In this document: positions 30,470-39,791 of the stretch, one piece after another
Numbering within the stretch: position 1 is the stretch's first letter
How the letters are laid out: every line of letters starts with the position of its first letter
Origin: Cenarchaeum sp.
GTDB lineage: Archaea > Thermoproteota > Nitrososphaeria > Nitrososphaerales > Nitrosopumilaceae
Reading direction: 5' to 3'
DNA length: 64,000 nt
NCBI GenBank assembly: GCA_963693095.2
Contig: OY843768.1
Location: 1 to 64,000, forward strand
Notes under the pieces: generated by a model
Databases searched by the model: none
Told to the model about the DNA's origin: nothing
Seen by the model: only the letters and a program-made list of their open reading frames with translations
Position numbers and translations under genes: made by a program

Positions 30470-30973
30470 ATGAGCGCGCAAGATACCTATCCTGATCCCC
30501 TACTGTCTGACAACAAGGTGACAGTGGCGTACCTAAAGGAGATGGCCGGAGATGACAGGGACGCGATCGCCGAGATCGAGGAGTGGGGCGCAACGCGCCA
30601 GAAGCGCATTGCGATCCTGCGCAAGTTCATCGCCTTTCTCGAAAAAAACGGCATACTCGAGGAGAACGGCCAGCGGATGGAGGAGATCATCGCCGAGTTC
30701 ACCATAGAGCAGTGCTTTGCGATAGCCACAAAGTATGGCCTGGATGACATGGGGTACGAGTTCAGAGACAGCCTGTCTGGCACACTCACCGGCAATATGC
30801 ATATTGACTTTCGGGCCGTCATGCATATGCCTGTAGAGCCCCCGACGGATATCTTTGAGAGCCCCGAGCAGGCCGCAGGGTTCCTCGATGCCATCAGGGG
30901 CAAGGACGTCTTTGAGCTTGGCAAGATGGCAAAGTCCATAGTGCTCACCGACGACCAGCGCGTATTCCCCTAA
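30470..30973 (+). CDS. Family A paralog A14
   Basis: Family A signature; closest to A1 by eye. Confidence 0.88.
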   Translation: MSAQDTYPDPLLSDNKVTVAYLKEMAGDDRDAIAEIEEWGATRQKRIAILRKFIAFLEKNGILEENGQRMEEIIAEFTIEQCFAIATKYGLDDMGYEFRDSLSGTLTGNMHIDFRAVMHMPVEPPTDIFESPEQAAGFLDAIRGKDVFELGKMAKSIVLTDDQRVFP

Positions 30974-31037
30974 GTGCGGGCGCATCTGCCGTTTCTGAGA
31001 CGCGCTGGATCGCATCGGCGCCACGTTGGGGGCAGCC

Positions 31038-31144
31038 TATGAGGTCAGCACCTAGACTGCGCGCATGACCTTCTCGGTCACGCCCTCCCCGTGGCTCCCA
31101 CGTCAGTAAGCACGTAAGGAGGATCGACATGCGCCTGGCAGCCC
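31038..31144 (-). mobile_element. IS66 end remnant
   Basis: TATGAGGTCAGCACCTAGAC... matches the terminus and transposase 3' end of the element at 45805. Confidence 0.8.
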
Positions 31145-31453
31145 CTCGGGATACTCTGTAAAGGCCTGCTGCAGGCTCGCTCAGGGTTTAGAGGCGGCCA
31201 GTTTCAGGTCTGGGGGCACCCCCGCGAGTCGCGCGCACTCGCCGGGGATCCGCCCCCAATAAAGGCCAAAACGGGCCTGCATTGGCCATTCCGGGCTCTA
31301 TATGTCGCCCCTGGGGGTCGCCTATGGGGTCTATTTGGAGCCCTGCGGAATGCCAGTTTCAGGGAATATGGGGGAGATTATGGCGTCTGCTAGGCGTGAG
31401 CAGGGCCCAGATTATGTCAATGTTTAAAGCAGGATTTTGCATAGAGCTGCGTG

Positions 31454-31951
31454 ATGAGCGCACAAGCTGCCTACCCTGACCCCATGCTAGCCGACAATGA
31501 AAAGACGGTGGCGTTCCTAAAGGAGATGATAGGCGAAGACAAGGACAAGATCAAAGAGATCGAAGACTGGGGCGAAAAGCGCCAGATGCGCATCGACAGG
31601 CTCTGCCACTTTGTCGGCCTCCTCGAGCAGAACAACATACTAAAGGAGGACGGCAAAGAGTTAACAGGAATTGTGCGAGAACTTGCCATCACGCAGTGCT
31701 TTGCGATCGCCACAGCCCATAATATGGACAACATGGGGTATAGGTTCCACGATAGCAAATCCGGCCCACTCTGTGCCGTCCTGCATCTTGACCTTGCAGC
31801 CGTCAAGGCAAAAAAGTCGCCCACAAGCCCCTTTGCGAATCCCGATGACGAAAAGAGGTTCATAAAGGCAATCAGGGGCCTGTCAACCCGAATGCTTGCC
31901 CAAAAGGCTCGACCCTTGGTGATCAAGGAAAGAAACCGCATATACGGCTAG
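31454..31951 (+). CDS. Family A paralog A15
   Basis: Family A signature; closest to A10 by eye. Confidence 0.88.
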   Translation: MSAQAAYPDPMLADNEKTVAFLKEMIGEDKDKIKEIEDWGEKRQMRIDRLCHFVGLLEQNNILKEDGKELTGIVRELAITQCFAIATAHNMDNMGYRFHDSKSGPLCAVLHLDLAAVKAKKSPTSPFANPDDEKRFIKAIRGLSTRMLAQKARPLVIKERNRIYG

Positions 31952-32067
31952 TGCGGGCGTGCACGACAGCCTGCTCCTCCCTGCTTGGCACTGCGATATC
32001 GCTAGGCGTGAACCGAGCCACAAAGCACCTTAAATTTTAAATCAGGGACGGCAGGTTTGCCCACGCA

Positions 32068-32568
32068 GTGAACGAACTACCCACAAGCTCAATGCTCACC
32101 GACAATGCCAAGACGGTGGCCTATCTAATGAAAATAGCCGGCGAGAACAGGGAGCAGGTCGCCGAGGTCGAGGAGTGGGGCAAGAGGCGCCAGGGGCGCA
32201 TCGAAACGCTGCGCCGCTTTGTGAGCCTACTCGAAAAGAATAGTGTCTTTGAGCGGCCTGACGGTAGGCTGAACAGGGTCATGGAGGACTTTGCCATAAC
32301 GCAGTGCTTTGCGATAGCCACAAAGCATGGCCTCGATGACATGGAGTACGAGTTTTCTGACACCCAGTCCGGCCCGCTCTGCGCCGACCTGGACCTTGAC
32401 CTCAGGGCCGTTGAGGCGGCCCCCACAGAGCCCCACGCGGGCCTCTTTGAGAGTGCCGAGGGCGAGGCAAAATTCCTAGAGACGATCAGGGGCAAGGACA
32501 TCTATGAGCTCGGCAAAATGGCCAGGCTGCTCGTCATCCATGAAGAGTATCGCATGATACCACTGTGA
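32068..32568 (+). CDS. Family A paralog A16
   Basis: Family A signature; GTG start. Confidence 0.86.
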   Translation: MNELPTSSMLTDNAKTVAYLMKIAGENREQVAEVEEWGKRRQGRIETLRRFVSLLEKNSVFERPDGRLNRVMEDFAITQCFAIATKHGLDDMEYEFSDTQSGPLCADLDLDLRAVEAAPTEPHAGLFESAEGEAKFLETIRGKDIYELGKMARLLVIHEEYRMIPL

Positions 32569-32648
32569 TGCGGGGCAGGGGACGGCGACAGTGGGCCGCA
32601 GGTGTGCGCGCCAAGCTATATAGCGCAATGCGCAAAACCGCGTGCGCG

Positions 32649-33146
32649 TTGGCGAGGGTCACATATCCGGACAGGACACTTGCGGACAATGATGCCACAA
32701 TGGAGCTCCTCAGGAAGCACTCTGGGGGCACCGTCGACGAGCTGGAGGAGATTGCCCTGTGGGGCGCAGCACGCAAGGCGAGGATCGACACACTGTGCCG
32801 CCTTGCCGGCCTCGTCGACGGCGTGGGCGTCTTTGGGCGCGGCGAGGGGAGGATGAGCAGGATCGCGATGACCTTTACAATCCACCCCTGTGTCGCAATA
32901 GCTAGCAAGCACGGCCTTGACATGGGATACACGTTCAACGACAACGAGTACGGCCCGTTCTCACCAGACCTCAGCGTCGACCTTCACGCCGTAGAGCCCG
33001 TGCGCGTGGACACTCCCACTGGCATATTTCCTAGCGACGGGGCAGAGTCGGCGTTTCTTGAGGACATTGGGGAAAAGAGTGCCAAGGAGCTCGGCGAGTT
33101 TGCGCGCTTGCTCGTTATAGACGAGCGGCATCGCATATTGTTATAG
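32649..33146 (+). CDS. Family A paralog A17 (YGPF subtype)
   Basis: LADNDATMELL...GLDMGYTFNDNEYGPFSPDL; TTG start after CTATATA. Confidence 0.85.
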   Translation: MARVTYPDRTLADNDATMELLRKHSGGTVDELEEIALWGAARKARIDTLCRLAGLVDGVGVFGRGEGRMSRIAMTFTIHPCVAIASKHGLDMGYTFNDNEYGPFSPDLSVDLHAVEPVRVDTPTGIFPSDGAESAFLEDIGEKSAKELGEFARLLVIDERHRILL

Positions 33147-33299
33147 TGCTAAACGACCTCCTTTCCCCATGCGCGTATTGCATATCCACAATATATACAC
33201 AGGTAGCTCACCCTTGTTGTTCGCAGATGGAGATGGATGTGAAACGAGATTGTTGAGCCTGATACTCGCATGATCGTGTTCCGGGGTTTTTGTACAGGG

Positions 33300-33650
33300 T
33301 AGCTCCTACTACCCACACGCTCGTTTCTCCACACACTGTTTTTCCTGTCCACCCATGTGCTTCTTGAAAGCCAGCAAAGGCATCTCCCGGCAGTCCGTGT
33401 CCAGCAAGAAATGGAGCCATCTCTCGTAGTGCCTGACGAACTTGTTGGCCACGCCAAAGTGTTTAATTTTACGCTCGGACGTCTGGAACACCTCAATCTC
33501 ACCACACGTCTGATGGATGACACGCGACATGGCGTACGATATCTCGCACCTGAGCTCTCGCCCAAGAGGGGCTACAGAGTTTAGCTCTTGCGGCAGATAC
33601 CGCGTTTATCTCGCTTGAACTGTGTCCGGTGATCAGAGAGTATGTACCCC
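33300..33650 (-). pseudogene. Decayed IS481 transposase remnant
   Basis: MSRVIHQTCGEIEVFQT...LHFLLD...PLLAFKK aligns with the C-terminus of 36478..37527. Confidence 0.7.
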
Positions 33651-33816
33651 ACACAAGACACACTCCCGCTTGCTATTCATTCAACAAAACAACCGCCAAT
33701 TCGAATAACGTATTTAAGAGGATGTACTGCGTAGCCTTCTGATGGCCGTGGAATGGTACGTTAAGCGTGCCTGCGTGCGCAGTTCGCACACATGCATTGG
33801 CAAAGATAAAATATCT

Positions 33817-34976
33817 ATGACAACTAGGGGCGTCTCGGCGTCTCGGCGTCTCGGCGTCTCGGCGTCTCGGCGTCTCGGCGTCTCGGCGTCTCGGCGTCTC
33901 GGCGTCTCGGCGTCTCGGCGTCTCGGCGTCATACTAGAGTAAAATCACGTCAATCATGCACGCTAAGGTCACATTATTCAAAAACAGATCATACCAAAAA
34001 TTTAAATAAACGTAAAGCACGTAGCACCTCAAACGAGAAATCTCGTTCTCCTAAAAAAGCTGCTAGGTTTAAGTTCGTTGATCTGTTTTGTGGAATTGGC
34101 GGATTTCATATTGCAGCAAAAGAATTTGGAGGTGAATGTGTTATGGCTTGTGACATAGATGAAAAAGTTAGAATGGCGTATGAGGCAAATTATGGAATAA
34201 TGCCGCTGGGTGATATATCTCATATTAAAAATTCAGATGTGCCAAATCATGATTTTTTGTTTGCTGGTTTTCCTTGTCAGCCATTTAGTATACTTGGTAT
34301 GCAAAAAGGATTTAAAGATGAACGTGGTATATTATTTTTTGAGATTCTTAAATTTTTAAAGACACAAAAACCACGATTTGCTCTTTTAGAAAATGTCAAA
34401 CAACTGGCTACTCATAATGACGGAAAAACAATAAAAGAAATAACATCTGCGTTGGAAAAAATAGGATACATTCCTATTGTGGCTATTCTTAATGCTCTTG
34501 ATTACGGACTTCCACAAAAAAGAGAACGAACATTAATTGCATGTTTTAAAAATAAACGAGATGCGCAAAAAGCACAATTTCCCCCACACCCATCAACTCG
34601 TAAATATTCATTAAATAATATACTTGAAACTAAAGTGGATTCAAAACACTATGCTAGTGATTATATTGTCAAAAAAAGAAAATCTACTCATCAATCAAAA
34701 TATTATCCAAGTATTTGGCACGAAAACAAAGGTGGCAACATCGGAAGCCATCCTTACGCTTGTGCTCTTAGAGCTGGCGCATCTTACAATTATTTACTGG
34801 TAAATGGTGAACGGAGACTCACACCACGTGAAATGCTGCGATTACAGGGATATCCTGATAGTTTCAAAATCGTGTGTAACGATTCAGCGACACGACGGCA
34901 AGCTGGGAATTCTGTGCCTGTTCCGATGATTGAGGCTGCGATTGGAGGTATGTTAAATGAAGAAACCACGCCTTAG
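33817..34976 (+). CDS. dcm: C5-cytosine DNA methyltransferase (type II), frameshifted within a simple sequence repeat (putatively phase-variable, OFF state)
   Basis: Motif I FVDLFCGIGGF (about 34074-34106) lies upstream of the track start at 34143. Also has GFPCQPFS, ENVK, PQKRER and QAGNSV. The TRD WHENKGGN...ALRAGASYNYLLVNG recalls M.HaeII/M.NgoBI. Confidence 0.88.
33829..33930 (+). repeat. Simple sequence repeat (GGCGTCTC) x12.75
   Basis: 102 bp perfect 8-mer tract starting 12 bp after ATG 33817. Confidence 0.97.
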
Positions 34977-35763
34977 GAACAGTTCAAAAAAATTTCATGA
35001 TCCTGATTTGCTCCACGATACGCGAGGAGAAATAATGCGACCTCCACGATTAAAAAGTAAACCGGACGCTGATCACACATGGCCATATGATTGTGATGAC
35101 ATTCCTGATGAATTAATTTATGAGTTTTCAGAAAAACTTCTTCATATGTATTATATTGGAAAAAATGATATTACAGGCTCTGAATGGGACACAATATTTG
35201 CCAAATCTATTGGTGGCAAACAAATGAAAAGTCCAGTGGGTCATGCAGATGTAATTAAAGATAATTGCGCATGGTCAGTAAAAACAGTGAAATGTCTTAA
35301 ACCACATACTGCAGATAGTATTCGAATTATTTCGGGAAGGAATTCGCCTCAATTTTCATATGGTAATATCGATTCCACAGATAATCAGGCTATGGGCAAC
35401 ATGGTTCTTGGAATATGGAATGCACGTGTCAAAGAAGCAAAACAAAAATACCCAAATGGGTTACATACATCAATTATGGTTCGTAATATGGACAAAATGC
35501 AATTTACATATTTTGAGCTTGAATCATTAGAATATCTGTCACATAAATATATCTGGAAACAAAACAACCGTAACAATTTAGAAGGATATGACCAGGATGG
35601 CAATCATATATTTACATGGCAGCCACATGGCGGTCAATTTACTATTATCTATAAAATTCCAAAATCCGCTAAAAAATTTTCTATGAAAAAAATTAAACAG
35701 ATTAGACTTGAGGATTTAATTAAAGACAAGATTGAATTATCTTGGATCAAAATGGAAAAATAG
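34957..35763 (+). CDS. Putative type II restriction endonuclease
   Basis: Overlaps the MTase end, shares its low GC, and has a PD-(D/E)XK-like segment ADV...WSVKT. Confidence 0.75.
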   Translation: MKKPRLRNSSKKFHDPDLLHDTRGEIMRPPRLKSKPDADHTWPYDCDDIPDELIYEFSEKLLHMYYIGKNDITGSEWDTIFAKSIGGKQMKSPVGHADVIKDNCAWSVKTVKCLKPHTADSIRIISGRNSPQFSYGNIDSTDNQAMGNMVLGIWNARVKEAKQKYPNGLHTSIMVRNMDKMQFTYFELESLEYLSHKYIWKQNNRNNLEGYDQDGNHIFTWQPHGGQFTIIYKIPKSAKKFSMKKIKQIRLEDLIKDKIELSWIKMEK

Positions 35764-35995
35764 ATCATATTGCATTTTTACTATTGATAACATAAATAAT
35801 GAATCACTATTTTAGAAACCAATCTAAATTGGTTATTTTATTCTAAAACACAGGGCATATTATAAACGATTAATTTGATCTTTAGATAATGTATCCTAGA
35901 AATGCCGTATGTGATAAATCGTTTGATGCTTTAGAAATGCTCCTTGTCCATTCTCCTTATTTACTTTATATTATACATACATACGGTGCGTCTCT

Positions 35996-36406
35996 GTGAG
36001 CAAACCTGCCTCGAGATCACACATGTGTCCCCACGGCTCGCTCGCTGCCACATGGGCTGCACGCGTTGATGACTGGATTGATGACGGCTCGAGGATAGTC
36101 AGGCTCTCAATGAAGCATCGGCGCAACTATAGGGCGACTGTCTGCACAAGGTGCCCACACGAGCAGCAGGTTCGGCGCAAGTGCTCGGCCCTGACGCCCG
36201 GATGCGACAAGAAATCGTGCGCGCACATGGATCGCGCATTCTATTCAAAGCACCGTAACCTCATCATGGCGCACATTGACTCACATCCGCTCTCGCAGCG
36301 CCTCCGCATGAACGCCGCGCTTGATGACAGTCCTGTTGATGCCACACACAACTCGCCGCAGGCAGCCCCTGGTAAGTCAGAGGGCGCAGAGTCTGCCTCC
36401 CACTGA
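35996..36406 (+). CDS. Cys-rich hypothetical protein, paralog of 48560..48958
   Basis: CTRCPHEQQVRRKCSALTPGCDKKSCAH is nearly identical in both copies. Confidence 0.7.
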   Translation: MSKPASRSHMCPHGSLAATWAARVDDWIDDGSRIVRLSMKHRRNYRATVCTRCPHEQQVRRKCSALTPGCDKKSCAHMDRAFYSKHRNLIMAHIDSHPLSQRLRMNAALDDSPVDATHNSPQAAPGKSEGAESASH

Positions 36407-36453
36407 TGGGAGGGCGAGGGGTCTGGCCCTGTGCAAGTAAACTATCATTTGGC

Positions 36454-37545
36454 TGTTTTATACGAAAAGTAGTGGAGTCAATCATTCGAGTCCACCTCCA
36501 TCCACCTCGGGTTCTCCGCCCTGACCCTCCCGTCGGCCCTGCGCCTCCTGAAGGCCAGCAGGGGCGTCTCGCCACCCTTGATGTCCAGGGCGAAGTGGAG
36601 GCGCCTCTCGTTGTAGTATGCGATGAACTCGGGGACCCCGCCAAAGTGGCCGATTTCGGCCTCGAGCGTCTGGAAGAACCTCTCGACCTTGCCGTTGGTC
36701 TGGGGGTGGCGGACGCGCGCCATGAGGTGCGCCATGTCGCGGTCCAGCAGCTCCTGCTCGAAGAGCGTCGGCGTCCAGCTGCGGCTCGGCGTGCCGCGCC
36801 TGGTCGCCGTGAACTGCGTGCCGTGATCCGAGAGCACCTGCGCCGGCGCGCCAAATGTCTTGATTGCCTTTCGCAGCACCATCACCGTGTTGGCCGACGT
36901 GGCCGCGGCGAACACGCCAAAGCCCGTGACGCACCGCGACGCGTCGTCGAGGAACACGACGAGGTGCGCGCCCCTCAGCGGCCCGTATTTCATTATGTGC
37001 CAGTCCACGTGCCACATCGCGTTGGAGTGCGCGCGCTCGAACCGCACCCACTTGCGCCTGCGGGACTTTGCCCGCGACCTCGTTACGAGCCCCTCCGCCA
37101 GCATGATGCGGTACACCGACCAGTACGTTATTTTTGAGTTGTTGCCGCGCAGCCCCTCGGCCACGCGCACGACGCCGGCCGGCCGGTCGGAGTGCTCGGC
37201 GAGAACCTCGGCCACCTCGCCGTCGGTGACGTCCCTGCGCGGCCTCCCCATCGGCCGCGGCTCCGGCGGCGCGCCGGTCCGCCGGCAGTGCGCGCGCAGC
37301 TCGTATGCCCATGATTGGGAAATCCCGAGATCCCCGGCAACCTCCCTGGCGCTCCGGGTCTCCAGCGTCCTGGCCACGTACCGGAGAGCCCGGCCGTCCA
37401 GCCTCCTGACCGGCATGGCGCGCCGGCGGCGGAGTCCCTCAAACGTGTGTTTCGGCAGCCTGCCGGACCCGGCGGCCCTCCGTGGGCTCCCGGATCTGCG
37501 CCAGGCAGGCATTCCTGCCCACTCCACTACTTTTCGTACAAGGCA
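36454..37545 (-). mobile_element. IS481-family insertion sequence with a 15-bp direct repeat
   Basis: 25-bp TIRs TGTTTTATACGAAAAGTAGTGGAGT / TGCCTTGTACGAAAAGTAGTGGAGT; AAACTATCATTTGGC on both sides. Confidence 0.92.
36478..37527 (-). CDS. IS481-family (rve/DDE) transposase; true start probably near 37416
   Basis: WHVDW, FLDDASR, LSDHGTQF and HPQTNGKVERFF. Confidence 0.92.
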   Translation of the reverse strand: MEWAGMPAWRRSGSPRRAAGSGRLPKHTFEGLRRRRAMPVRRLDGRALRYVARTLETRSAREVAGDLGISQSWAYELRAHCRRTGAPPEPRPMGRPRRDVTDGEVAEVLAEHSDRPAGVVRVAEGLRGNNSKITYWSVYRIMLAEGLVTRSRAKSRRRKWVRFERAHSNAMWHVDWHIMKYGPLRGAHLVVFLDDASRCVTGFGVFAAATSANTVMVLRKAIKTFGAPAQVLSDHGTQFTATRRGTPSRSWTPTLFEQELLDRDMAHLMARVRHPQTNGKVERFFQTLEAEIGHFGGVPEFIAYYNERRLHFALDIKGGETPLLAFRRRRADGRVRAENPRWMEVDSND

Positions 37546-37659
37546 AAACTATCATTTGGCAAATATGCATAAATACGATGGGCGTATTGTGATGATTATT
37601 CACCATTTCGCTATCATATGATAACAAACCTAATATTTACTATCATTAAATGAGCCCCC

Positions 37660-38880
37660 ATGCCTCGTGAGGACGACGGAGCAGGGCGCCCTGTCGGCGG
37701 CGTATATGAGAGGATTGAGGGCGGACATACGTTCGTCCCCGATCCAATGCCGCCCAGGCTTGTGCATACCGGCGATATAGATGACGAGACGATCAACGAC
37801 AAGATTCAGCTGGCCATGATGGAGATCGGCCGACTCGACATGGCCGGCAGTCTCATCGGCGGCGCATTTGTGCGCACCGTGCCGTACCTGGCCCGCGAGG
37901 CCGTGGCGAGCTCGATGATCGAGGGCACAAGCACGACGATCAACGACCTGTTTAGGCACAGGGTTCTCAAGGACATCAGCGACGAGGAGGCCAAGCGAAT
38001 AAAGCTAAAGGAGGTTGACAATAACGCGCGTGCACTAGTGGAAACCCTTGGCGCAGTGGGCAAGACAGAGCCAATAAGCCTAGACCTCATCAAACGCGCG
38101 CATAGGATGCTCTTTGATGGAGTGGAGACATACCCTGACAAGTTTATGCCTGGCGAGTTTAGGACAGTCCAAAACCACATAGGCGGCAAGAGTGTGACTG
38201 ATGCGACATATGTGCCGCCCCCACCTGACATGGTGGAACCACTTATGCAAAACCTTGTTGCATATATCGAGAGTGCCAAGGGACCTGCATCATCACTAGT
38301 ACGCTGCGCAGTCGCACATTATCAGTTCGAGGCCATACACCCGTTTCCCGATGGCAATGGAAGGGTCGGACGACTCCTTATTCTTCTGATGATGCGCAGG
38401 TATGGGCTGCTCAACACGCCGGTCTTGAACATAAGCAGATACCTGCTTCGAAAACGCTCAACATACTATGCCATGCTACGAGCGCCACGTGAACATGGTG
38501 GATGGGCACAATGGATTGCATTCTTTGTTGATGCGTGCAAGGAACAGGCTCAAACAGGGCTGTCTGGAATGCGACAACTAGACGATCTGTATCATGAATA
38601 TCGTGAACGCCTAGATCGTATAACTAGAAGCTCCAATGCAGTGGCAGTCGTTGACACCCTTGTCGAAAACCCGTATGTCACCATACCCGTTATACAACGC
38701 ATTACCAAACTCACACATGCCGGTGCGGCCGACCTGGTTCGTAGGCTAGTAAAGGCCAACATACTCACAAGCGTGTCGACCCACTCTAGGATTCGCCTAT
38801 ATGCCGCCTTTGAGATCCTTGACATCCTCAAATCCAGAGATGCTGAGGATGAGCCTGATGCCACACGGCCTGCGGCATAG
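37660..38880 (+). CDS. fic: Fic-domain protein (class II, C-terminal HTH)
   Basis: Active-site motif HPFPDGNGRVGR; N-terminal inhibitory motif SSMIEG. Confidence 0.92.
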   Translation: MPREDDGAGRPVGGVYERIEGGHTFVPDPMPPRLVHTGDIDDETINDKIQLAMMEIGRLDMAGSLIGGAFVRTVPYLAREAVASSMIEGTSTTINDLFRHRVLKDISDEEAKRIKLKEVDNNARALVETLGAVGKTEPISLDLIKRAHRMLFDGVETYPDKFMPGEFRTVQNHIGGKSVTDATYVPPPPDMVEPLMQNLVAYIESAKGPASSLVRCAVAHYQFEAIHPFPDGNGRVGRLLILLMMRRYGLLNTPVLNISRYLLRKRSTYYAMLRAPREHGGWAQWIAFFVDACKEQAQTGLSGMRQLDDLYHEYRERLDRITRSSNAVAVVDTLVENPYVTIPVIQRITKLTHAGAADLVRRLVKANILTSVSTHSRIRLYAAFEILDILKSRDAEDEPDATRPAA

Positions 38881-39071
38881 CGCGCCGGCTCCCCACACAC
38901 GCCTAATCGTAGGCACATTGTACAGGACCTGCCCTGACGCGCAGGGTCGGCAACTGCCCTGCTGTCTCGCATTGACGGCGCAGGACACGTGCCGGCCGAC
39001 TAGCGCCGCATTATGCGCCCTCGGCTGCGATCACGCATGTCAAGATTAAAGATCAACATTGTTGGAAAACT

Positions 39072-39791
39072 TTGCGGGATCATGACAAAAGCAAGTGCGG
39101 CCCCTGCAAAGGCGTGAAGAGATGCGCAACTGCGATCATGATCGCAGCGACAAGATCGCAAACGGGTGCCACGACTGAGACGCCTGTCACACGGGATGCG
39201 GATCCGTGGGATCAGCTGGCCGGCACGCACCACCACCACAAGTCCCCCCGCACGTCTGCTGGCACTGATTTGGAGCGCGACATGCCGGTGAGCGCCACTG
39301 GTGATGGCACGCCGCGCAATGCTGACTCGCCGCACTCCGCAGATGCGAGATGCCATGTGTTCGGTGCGATTATCGGAATCATATTTGGTTACAGCAAAAT
39401 TGACCATTGTGTAGATATTTGTCTCTTGTCTGCTAATCCGACCGCTTATACGATAAAGACCAAAAATGATCGTGATGCATATTTGAGAAGCATGGGAGGA
39501 TTTGAGAAAAAGCATCGTACTGTCAAAAGACATGTTGGTTCCGTTTATACTGTTAAACTTCATAAACGCATCTGTAAGATCAGAGAAATCAGAAACGACC
39601 TTGCCCATTCTACGAGTGGTGTTGACGAAACCAAAACGATCGCTCACTCTACAAAACATAAGACTTATGGTGTCACGTGCCTAGAGTGTGTGCGTGACGA
39701 GACAGAACTCTGCGCAATAGAGTTTGAAAGCGCCGTGAAGCGCTATCTGAACTATGGCGGCGTTTATGGCAGTGGGGTGAGGGGGATCTAG
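39072..39791 (+). CDS. Hypothetical protein with a HEPN-like RNxxAH motif
   Basis: IREIRNDLAHS; TATA-like ATTAAAG upstream. Start uncertain. Confidence 0.6.
   Translation: MRDHDKSKCGPCKGVKRCATAIMIAATRSQTGATTETPVTRDADPWDQLAGTHHHHKSPRTSAGTDLERDMPVSATGDGTPRNADSPHSADARCHVFGAIIGIIFGYSKIDHCVDICLLSANPTAYTIKTKNDRDAYLRSMGGFEKKHRTVKRHVGSVYTVKLHKRICKIREIRNDLAHSTSGVDETKTIAHSTKHKTYGVTCLECVRDETELCAIEFESAVKRYLNYGGVYGSGVRGI

Noticed and set aside
13600-33150. CRISPR, integron or DGR explanation for the gene array
   Set aside because: No short repeat-spacer structure, attC-like palindromes, integrase or reverse transcriptase seen. Variation is not adenine-specific by eye, and cassettes have their own promoters.
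33829-33930. CRISPR array
   Set aside because: Head-to-tail 8-mer with no spacers, and no cas genes in the window.
33714-33942. Stand-alone repeat peptides (GVSASRRL / TPRRRDAE)
   Set aside because: These are translations of the repeat tract; the + strand ORF is better read as the out-of-frame MTase leader.
34143-34976. ORF-track start at 34143 as the true MTase start
   Set aside because: It would omit the SAM-binding motif I (FxGxGG), which is encoded in frame upstream.
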